The notes under the pieces were generated by a model, which saw only the letters and a list, made by a program, of their open reading frames with translations, made no database searches and was not told the DNA's origin. The position numbers were made by a program, and so were the translations under genes. A stretch of 32,000 bases of DNA from Ignicoccus islandicus DSM 13165 (GTDB lineage: Archaea; Thermoproteota; Thermoprotei_A; Sulfolobales; Ignicoccaceae): positions 1-32,000 of the forward strand of contig NZ_CP006867.1 in assembly GCF_001481685.1 (NCBI RefSeq). Direction: 5' to 3'. Positions 25,965-32,000 of this stretch are shown piece after piece. The stretch's first letter is position 1. Each line of letters begins with the position of its first letter.

Positions 25965-26738
25965 ATGCGTAGAGTCCCCTCTGACAACCCATTGGTCTGT
26001 ACCAAAGGTGAAGTCATAGGGGTAAGTGCCAATTTCAGCGCCTATGTAATTAGAAGCGATGGGAAGGTACTTTCAAAGATAGACTATAAATCGAGACTTG
26101 GACGACCTTGCATAGGTCAAAAGCTACTAGCTTTCCCCTCGAAAGATGCCATATTCCTTTTTGAACTATCTAAGGGAAAACCTGCCGGTATAATTCCCAC
26201 TAAAGCGGGCCTTCACGAAACTTGTGCATTCGATAAATCTGAATCCTTATACACATCGGTTGAGAATATCCTTCTTAAACTTGAAAGAACGCCTGAGGGC
26301 AAGTATAAAATAGTTCAAAAGAAGGTTCTAATCGGAAACATTTTATCAATTGATTATAATAAGAAACTGGTCGTTGGAACGACCGAAGGTCTGTACATAG
26401 GCAAGAAATTCTTAAACATTGGAAGGGTGAACCATGTTAAAGTAGGTCCCTATATTGCCTCTTCTATACCGTATGGCTTCGCACTCTACGATTTTAATGG
26501 TAAGGAGATATTGGAAATCGATGACGTAGAAGTTAGCGGAATAGTCTGGTTGGGAGACTTGATAGCGATAGGGGACAGAAGTAGGAAGAGAATACTAATT
26601 ATCGATACAAGTGGGAACGTCGTCCGAGAACTTAAATTTACTGGCTCCGTTAGGAGCTTTGATTGGGATGTAATACTGGTAGTAGCTCATAGGAAGAAAG
26701 TACACGCATACCTTCTCACTCCAACCAAGCATCAGTAA
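25965..26738 (+). CDS. Hypothetical beta-strand-rich protein (possibly a repeat or propeller-like fold)
   Basis: The ORF is tracked from 25902. ATG 25965 avoids overlap with the upstream gene. The sequence is made of short alternating hydrophobic segments. No motif recognised. Confidence 0.5.
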   Translation: MRRVPSDNPLVCTKGEVIGVSANFSAYVIRSDGKVLSKIDYKSRLGRPCIGQKLLAFPSKDAIFLFELSKGKPAGIIPTKAGLHETCAFDKSESLYTSVENILLKLERTPEGKYKIVQKKVLIGNILSIDYNKKLVVGTTEGLYIGKKFLNIGRVNHVKVGPYIASSIPYGFALYDFNGKEILEIDDVEVSGIVWLGDLIAIGDRSRKRILIIDTSGNVVRELKFTGSVRSFDWDVILVVAHRKKVHAYLLTPTKHQ

Positions 26739-27369
26739 TTTGGTATATCCAATCATCGGGACCTCTTCTCACGATTCTTCCCTTGACGTTTAGCCTTTTC
26801 TTAAAGAGGGGTGCGTAAATAACTAAAGTTTCCGCCTCACCCCCTTCAAATGCTGGATTGAACTTATACTTTCTCGAAAGTTCAATTATGAGTTCAATGT
26901 CATTCTGGGTAATTGGTCGACCTAGAAATTCTGGCCCGAGTCCCATACTAGCGACCCTAACGAGAATGAACTCGAATCCGTATCTGACGAGATTTCTCAT
27001 ATATTCTTCTTGGTTTATCTTCCAGATAGGGTTTATTACACGTAAGCCTAATTTTTGCGAGAGAAACGACATTCTCTGGCGTTGATAATCTGAAAGCAAG
27101 GCACCGGTAACCACGTGGGTGGCCCCGTTCCTCTTCGCAATCTCAAGTAGATCTATGATTAAGTCCTCGGAACCTTCCATAAAGTAGTTCCTTATTCCCA
27201 TAGAAGCCGATTGGAGTTTCGTCACTTCGACTGCATTGAATTGAAGTAAGAGGGAATCTTCGGGAGGCTTTAAGGTAAGGGTACAACATATATCGATACC
27301 GTGAAGTACAGCCCAGTGTAGAGCGAAGATACTGTCCTTACCTCCAGAAAGTAAAGCAGCGGCTTTCAG
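26716..27369 (-). CDS. Diphthine-ammonia ligase-like PP-loop ATPase (Dph6 / MJ0570 family)
   Basis: GALLSDYQRQRM, LGL..INPIW, GFEFILVRVASMGL and NPAFEGGEAETLV are family hallmarks. The PP-loop LLSGGKDS is encoded in frame upstream of the tracked GTG 27225. The only plausible start is CTG 27369-27367, overlapping the upstream stop. See the finding at 27225-27393. Confidence 0.78.
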   Translation of the reverse strand: MKAAALLSGGKDSIFALHWAVLHGIDICCTLTLKPPEDSLLLQFNAVEVTKLQSASMGIRNYFMEGSEDLIIDLLEIAKRNGATHVVTGALLSDYQRQRMSFLSQKLGLRVINPIWKINQEEYMRNLVRYGFEFILVRVASMGLGPEFLGRPITQNDIELIIELSRKYKFNPAFEGGEAETLVIYAPLFKKRLNVKGRIVRRGPDDWIYQITDAWLE

Positions 27370-28166
27370 AACACAATCACCGTTTGATCTTCAAGTATAG
27401 CTTTAATCACCCTTATTACAGAGTATACAAATATCTTACTTACAGTTGGGTCTTTGCCTAGAACTTCATAGATGGCTTCTATTCTAACATTCGCTATTGG
27501 ACTTGATATCTTAACTTTATATTTAGAGCCTTCTACTTGACTATCTGCCACTATCTTTAACTTAATATCGCGTCCGGCGGCTAGCACGGCCGCCATTATT
27601 GTATTTATTCCATTTTTTATTCTCTTCAACTCTTCTAGAGCGGAGCCTTCATATAAAACTACGGGTACTTCCGCTGCATCGGGTTCGAATCCAGCTTCCT
27701 TCAAGACTTTTGCCAATACTTCGGGAGGTCTCCTAATTTCAATCTCAACATCTAAGTTCTGTAATGGCGATAATGCGCTAATTATATCCAAGCCTGGGAT
27801 GGCACCGAATGGGACTATTATCTTACCTCCACTCAGTTTCGCGATTCTGGTTATTTCCTCGAAATATTTTTCATCAGCTAGAAGCGAAGCCGCTAATAGA
27901 ACCACCTTATTGCCCCTTTCTAGGAATTTCGGTACTAGATCCTTCGCTTTGGACGCCCCGGCCATTTCAACTACAAGTGTGTAATTCTTCTTGAGGGCCA
28001 CGTCTAAATCAATTATTTTGACCTTTTCGTTAGCTCGATTAATTTCGATACCAATGTTCTCGGTATCGATTACATCGATTGCATCGATGTTTAATTGCAT
28101 CTCTTTTAACGTATTGATTGTTTCGATGGCAATGGGTGTAGTGCCTATTATTAGTATTTCCCCCAC
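27366..28166 (-). CDS. Aspartate dehydrogenase (NadX/DUF108) fold protein, apparently degenerate
   Basis: 266 aa. IIVPFGAIPGLDIISAL and the C-terminal LKIVADS...KISSP...SKIFVYSVIRVIKAIL align by eye with Thermotoga-type L-aspartate dehydrogenase. The N-terminal dinucleotide loop reads IIGTTPIA rather than GxGxxG. Confidence 0.65.
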   Translation of the reverse strand: MGEILIIGTTPIAIETINTLKEMQLNIDAIDVIDTENIGIEINRANEKVKIIDLDVALKKNYTLVVEMAGASKAKDLVPKFLERGNKVVLLAASLLADEKYFEEITRIAKLSGGKIIVPFGAIPGLDIISALSPLQNLDVEIEIRRPPEVLAKVLKEAGFEPDAAEVPVVLYEGSALEELKRIKNGINTIMAAVLAAGRDIKLKIVADSQVEGSKYKVKISSPIANVRIEAIYEVLGKDPTVSKIFVYSVIRVIKAILEDQTVIVF

Positions 28167-28247
28167 GGTTACTGCCCTTTCTATACTACGTCAGGAGTAG
28201 AGTATTATAAACTTGATTTTAATCCAAAGGGAACGGGTCGAGTAATT

Positions 28248-28811
28248 GTGGATAGGGAAAAGATTACATTGCTTGGCTTACTTCTGTACTATTTGTCTAA
28301 CGGTAATCCTTGCGATCTAATGAATGATATTTCAGAGAGATTAAGGAAACTTGGTTTAATAGATGAGAATGGTATATCGAGGATCGCCGAAGGTTTAGTA
28401 AAGGAGCTACTTTCCAAGAAAGTTTCACTTAAAGGGATAGTTGTAAGCGGTAGCGGAGAGGGAAGATACTTCCTGTCCTTAGAAGGCTATCGATCGCAAA
28501 TAAGGAATAGATTGGGCTTCGATCCCTATCCGGGAACTCTTAACGTTCTCCTAGATCCTGAGAGCATGGAGAGAAAATTCCTATTACTGACTAGACCACC
28601 GATAATTCTGAAGGGGTTTCGAAAGGACGACAGAACCTTCGGGGAAGTGTTAGCTTATCCAGCGCGTATCAACGGACTGTGGCCAGCGGCTCTAGTTATA
28701 CCTTTAAGAACGCACCATCCGCCATCTATAATAGAGATAATTTCTCCTTACAAGTTGCGCGAGAAATTGGAGTTAAAGAACGGAGATTACGTTGCCATTG
28801 AAATCTATTAG
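28248..28811 (+). CDS. ribK: CTP-dependent riboflavin kinase (archaeal RibK) with N-terminal HTH-like extension
   Basis: 187 aa. GIVVSGSGEGRYFLSLEGYRSQIRNRLGFDPYPGTLNV and HHPPSIIEIISPYKLRE match the MJ0056 family. GTG start. Confidence 0.85.
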   Translation: MDREKITLLGLLLYYLSNGNPCDLMNDISERLRKLGLIDENGISRIAEGLVKELLSKKVSLKGIVVSGSGEGRYFLSLEGYRSQIRNRLGFDPYPGTLNVLLDPESMERKFLLLTRPPIILKGFRKDDRTFGEVLAYPARINGLWPAALVIPLRTHHPPSIIEIISPYKLREKLELKNGDYVAIEIY

Positions 28812-28814
28812 CTT

Positions 28815-29081
28815 CTAAGCTTCACTTTGATTACCATATAACCTTTCGTACTCTCTGTTGACCGCTTCAAGAACCTGCTTCCACATTTCAAAGCTCTCCT
28901 TCCACTGCTCTTCATCAACCTTGGCGATAGCTGCTCCGGCATGTACCATTACGTAATCACCGGGTTCCACGTCTTCGACTAATGTAATGTCTACTTCAGC
29001 TTTGTTTCCGAAAACGTCAACTACGGCTACACCGTTTTCTCTATCTACTTCAATTATTTTCGCGGGTATACCTAGACACAA
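28815..29081 (-). CDS. hypC: Hydrogenase maturation chaperone HypC/HupF family
   Basis: 88 aa. The N-terminus is MCLGIPAKIIEV with the essential Cys2, followed by GDYVMVHAGAAI. The C-terminal helical extension is longer than usual. Confidence 0.85.
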   Translation of the reverse strand: MCLGIPAKIIEVDRENGVAVVDVFGNKAEVDITLVEDVEPGDYVMVHAGAAIAKVDEEQWKESFEMWKQVLEAVNREYERLYGNQSEA

Positions 29082-29164
29082 GCGTTTATCCCGATACGAA
29101 AACGAAGGAGTAGTGGTTTATAAGTTAGAATAAATTGTTTTTAGAAAAATCGAATAACTTAGGT

Positions 29165-29662
29165 TTAGTTCTTTCTACTCCTCCTTCTAAGACCTATCAA
29201 GGCAGCAGCTGCTGCCGCCATTAGTGCCGGGGCCGGAATTCCAGCAATGTATAGAACTATTTCACCACTTATGGAGCCACCGTTTGGCAAACTTATACTA
29301 AACGTTTGCGTATTTTCTCCACCAGCTTTGAAGGTCATTAAGGTTGAGGTTGAAGTTGATGCAACGCTTATTCCGTTGTCAGCTGTTACTGCTATGCCTA
29401 GGTCTAAAGACCACGTTCCAAACGCGGTAGGTGTTTGTGTAATGTCTATAGTTGTCGAGATAGGAACGTTCGGTACGCTTACTACTGACGAGGTTGACGT
29501 TACGTATTGGAATCCAAGTGGTCCGAGTAAGGTCATGTTAAGGGTGTAAGTATAGGTCATAATAATTCCTTGTGCACCGGGACTGAAAGTTAGAGCGATG
29601 TAGTTTTGCGAAGCTAATAGAAGCGCTGGGAGCAAGCTCATCAATACAAAGGCTCTCTTCAT
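29165..29662 (-). CDS. Secreted Ser/Thr-rich protein with C-terminal transmembrane anchor
   Basis: 165 aa. Sec-type signal peptide MKRAFVLMSLLPALLLASQ. The C-terminus AGIPAPALMAAAAAALIGLRRRSRKN has a short motif, a hydrophobic helix and a basic tail. Confidence 0.6.
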   Translation of the reverse strand: MKRAFVLMSLLPALLLASQNYIALTFSPGAQGIIMTYTYTLNMTLLGPLGFQYVTSTSSVVSVPNVPISTTIDITQTPTAFGTWSLDLGIAVTADNGISVASTSTSTLMTFKAGGENTQTFSISLPNGGSISGEIVLYIAGIPAPALMAAAAAALIGLRRRSRKN

Positions 29663-29706
29663 ATTTAATCACTCTCACTATAAGGTTCTGTTACTAAACT
29701 TATTAA

Positions 29707-30441
29707 ATGGATAGCAGGATTAGAGGGGTCGAACGGGAAGAGAGATTGAAAGTAAGAGTGGTTCTCGTCGAGCCCGAAGGTATGATAAATTTCGGATTCA
29801 TAGTAAGGCTTTCTAAGAACTTTGAAATAGACGAGATAGCTGTAGTGAACCCCAAGTTTGATCCATTTGATGAGGAGGTAAAGCGTTTCGCAGCGCAAGG
29901 CGTCAACTACCTCTCAAAGGTCAAAATTTACAACACTGTCGAGGAGGCTCTAGAGGGATTCAAGGTATGCACCTCCGCAAAAGTTTCTCATGACGATCCT
30001 TTACGCCAACATGTCCTTCCCTGGGAACTTAAAGATTACATTGGGGACGCACAGATAGTATCTCTAGTTTTCGGTCGCGAAAGCGTGGGACTTAGGAGAG
30101 ATGAACTTGAGAAATGCGATATATTAATGCATATACCAGCGTCTTCTTCGTATCCTGTGCTCAACCTCTCGCATGCCGTTGCAATAACCCTCTACGAGTT
30201 CTGGAAGCAGTTTAAACTGGAAAGGGGAACCTTACCTTCGAAGCCGTCAGAGGAAGATGTAAATCTATTTAAGTTAAATCTTGCAAACCTCGCTGAAACG
30301 TTTATCAAAGATGAAATGAAGAGAAGCAGAATTATTAGATTACTTGAGAATCTGGCGGCCAAATCTACGAGGTCGGAGCTGAGGGCATTGATATACTTTT
30401 TGGGAAAATGCAAGAGGGCAATTGAAGAAAAGTGCCATTAG
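29707..30441 (+). CDS. trmJ: SpoU/TrmH-family RNA 2'-O-methyltransferase, TrmJ-like
   Basis: 244 aa. VVLVEPEGMINFGFIVRLSKNF, LVFGRESVGL and PVLNLSHAVAITLYE are SPOUT class motifs in TrmJ order, with a C-terminal extension. Confidence 0.72.
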   Translation: MDSRIRGVEREERLKVRVVLVEPEGMINFGFIVRLSKNFEIDEIAVVNPKFDPFDEEVKRFAAQGVNYLSKVKIYNTVEEALEGFKVCTSAKVSHDDPLRQHVLPWELKDYIGDAQIVSLVFGRESVGLRRDELEKCDILMHIPASSSYPVLNLSHAVAITLYEFWKQFKLERGTLPSKPSEEDVNLFKLNLANLAETFIKDEMKRSRIIRLLENLAAKSTRSELRALIYFLGKCKRAIEEKCH

Positions 30442-30528
30442 CGACGTAGGAGTTAGTTAACTAGTTTAGAAGAGTGCCCTGTGATTTCAAAACCTTCTTT
30501 GAACGTATTTATTTGGTGAAACTATAAT

Positions 30529-30933
30529 ATGATAGACATCGGAAAAGTCCGTGAAATAGTCGATGAGTTTAATAAGGAACATGGTGCAGAATGCGAGGTT
30601 CTATCAGTTAGCGACCGTGAAATCGTAATTTCGTTCAAAGGTCACATATGTTTCACTTGCGGTACGTACGACTACTTTGAGGACCTTGCCATGCGGTTAA
30701 GCGAAGCCTTGTCTAAGGAATACGTTGTAGCCGAGTACCACCATAACGAGGATGGGAGTTATTTAGTTACATTTAGGCCTAAGAGTGAAGTTAAGGAGCG
30801 AAAAAGGGAAGTGCTGGTAATGATCTTCGATGAAAAGGGCAATCTATCGGAATCGCTTAGAATAGACCTAAGCGACCTTAAGAGAACATCAGACGAAGTA
30901 AGTAGAAATGTAAGTAGAAATAATAGTAATTGA
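30529..30933 (+). CDS. Hypothetical protein
   Basis: 134-aa ORF. GGTGA lies 9 nt upstream of the ATG. It has a single CFTC pair and a low-complexity tail. No family recognised. Confidence 0.45.
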   Translation: MIDIGKVREIVDEFNKEHGAECEVLSVSDREIVISFKGHICFTCGTYDYFEDLAMRLSEALSKEYVVAEYHHNEDGSYLVTFRPKSEVKERKREVLVMIFDEKGNLSESLRIDLSDLKRTSDEVSRNVSRNNSN

Positions 30934-31057
30934 AGGACTCCTCTGGAAAGTCGTTTTCAGATTATTTTAGAACGATGAAACTTAATCTGGCTAGTTGCTA
31001 ATTTAAGAGGATAAAGCGGAGGCTATATTGCCTTACTTAGTGTAAAAAACTAAATGG

Positions 31058-31756
31058 TTATTGTTGACAAGGTCTCTCTAGGAACTTCTTCGCTTCCTCT
31101 ACGTCCTCCTTGCTTGGAGCAGGCTCGTGGCAGAACCACCAGTCGAAGCACTCGTACTTCTGCATCCTCTCCTTCGCCTCTTGTTCGGTGCTTGCTGGCG
31201 GTATTATTACATGGTCCTTGATTATCTCGTTCTTCGGCCATCCGGCCGGGAAGGCCCTTCCCCATTTGTCGCTTAGTTGTAGGGCCTTCAGTAACCTTAG
31301 TATTTCGTCCATGTTTCTGCCGACGTTGAGCGGGTAGTAGAGTATCGCTCTAACCTTTCCTTCTGGATCAATTATGAATACTGCTCTTACGGTAACTACG
31401 CCACCTTCGGGGTGTAGCATACCTAGCTTCTTCGCTACTTCACCAAGGGGGTCCGCGATGATTGGGAACGGTATTTCGACGCCTAGCTTCTCCTTTATCC
31501 ATTCCTTCCACTTTATGTGGCTGAAGCTATTGTCGACGCTTAGGCCTAGTAGCTCGGTATTGAGCTTCTTGAAGTCCTCGTACCTCTTTGCGAACGCTAC
31601 GAACTCGGTAGTACATACTGGCGTGAAGTCAGCTGGGTGGCTGAATATTACTAACCACTTCCCCTTGTAGTCATCTGGTAGCTTCTTAGGTCCGTGGTCA
31701 GTGTGTACAACCATCTCTGGGAGTTTTTCACCGATTAAGGGTATTTGACCCGGCAT
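31058..31756 (-). CDS. Peroxiredoxin (Prx6-like archaeal thioredoxin peroxidase)
   Basis: 232 aa. [15 protein letters not shown] (peroxidatic Cys), [15 protein letters not shown], and C-terminal CFDWWFC resembling the Aeropyrum pernix-type Prx. Confidence 0.95.
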   Translation of the reverse strand: MPGQIPLIGEKLPEMVVHTDHGPKKLPDDYKGKWLVIFSHPADFTPVCTTEFVAFAKRYEDFKKLNTELLGLSVDNSFSHIKWKEWIKEKLGVEIPFPIIADPLGEVAKKLGMLHPEGGVVTVRAVFIIDPEGKVRAILYYPLNVGRNMDEILRLLKALQLSDKWGRAFPAGWPKNEIIKDHVIIPPASTEQEAKERMQKYECFDWWFCHEPAPSKEDVEEAKKFLERPCQQ

Positions 31757-31789
31757 CGCTCTCTCCGTTACTACTCTACGTTAACGGCG

Positions 31790-31796
31790 TTTAAAT
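31790..31796 (-). promoter_or_regulatory. TATA box for the peroxiredoxin gene
   Basis: TTTAAAT (near-palindromic) is centred about 37 nt upstream of ATG 31756. Confidence 0.4.
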
Positions 31797-32000
31797 GTAG
31801 AAGGCTTCGGTTATACTTAGGATTTACTTTCGGATTATTGAAGAAACTTTCCTAAAAACTTTTAATCTTTTCAACGAAAACCCAATAAGATCCGTTCGAA
31901 TTCATACGCGGGGACATAGTTTGGAGACGTTCTTCCTAGTACCGGTCTTCGAAAGATATAGTAAGTGGTTGTTATTCGAGATATCTAATGCCTATAGGTT

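Noticed and set aside
31050-31670. Additional ORFs overlapping the peroxiredoxin gene on both strands (71, 75 and 98 aa)
   Set aside because: These are by-products of the GC-rich composition of the gene. The peroxiredoxin frame has unmistakable family motifs.
1-32000. Search for CRISPR repeats, IS elements or transposases, integrases, toxin-antitoxin pairs and known defence genes
   Set aside because: I noticed no regularly spaced direct repeats, terminal inverted repeats or recombinase or nuclease signatures in any frame. The hypothetical genes are isolated and embedded among housekeeping genes.

Overview
This is a densely packed, low-GC archaeal chromosomal segment (most genes about 33-45% GC by hand counts). 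Its gene content is typical of a hyperthermophilic crenarchaeon (Thermoproteota): reverse gyrase, Alba, a Gins23-MCM operon, Orc1/Cdc6, RFC small and large subunits, L7Ae, L35Ae, RpoP and aIF1. Also present are eukaryote-type TrpRS, a class III (type IV pilin-like) signal peptide protein, a COG1964/Tes-like radical SAM enzyme, archaeal CTP-dependent riboflavin kinase and a Prx6-type peroxiredoxin. I support about 40 protein genes. Product calls rest on motifs I can read in the translations; no database search was possible. I found no rRNA, tRNA, CRISPR array, transposase, integrase or obvious defence system, so this looks like core genome rather than an accessory island. The observations most worth a second look are listed here. 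(1) A sharply bounded GC-rich block (about 52-60% GC) makes up the interior of mcm while both gene ends stay host-like; a second ORF-bounded GC-rich block is the peroxiredoxin gene. (2) A GNAT/Ard1-type acetyltransferase has a conserved N-terminus with no canonical start codon and lies in frame behind the single TGA stop of aIF1; a GTGA coupling start sits in the wrong frame. (3) A Dph6-like PP-loop gene has its SGGKDS loop upstream of any ATG/GTG/TTG; the only plausible start is a CTG overlapping the upstream stop (CTGA). (4) A 54-nt candidate C/D box sRNA lies downstream of rpoP. (5) The aspartate-dehydrogenase-fold and PTPS/QueD-fold proteins are degenerate or divergent. (6) Two unknown genes are co-oriented downstream of arfC. 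None of this amounts to a clearly novel multi-gene system. Interest scores are set accordingly.
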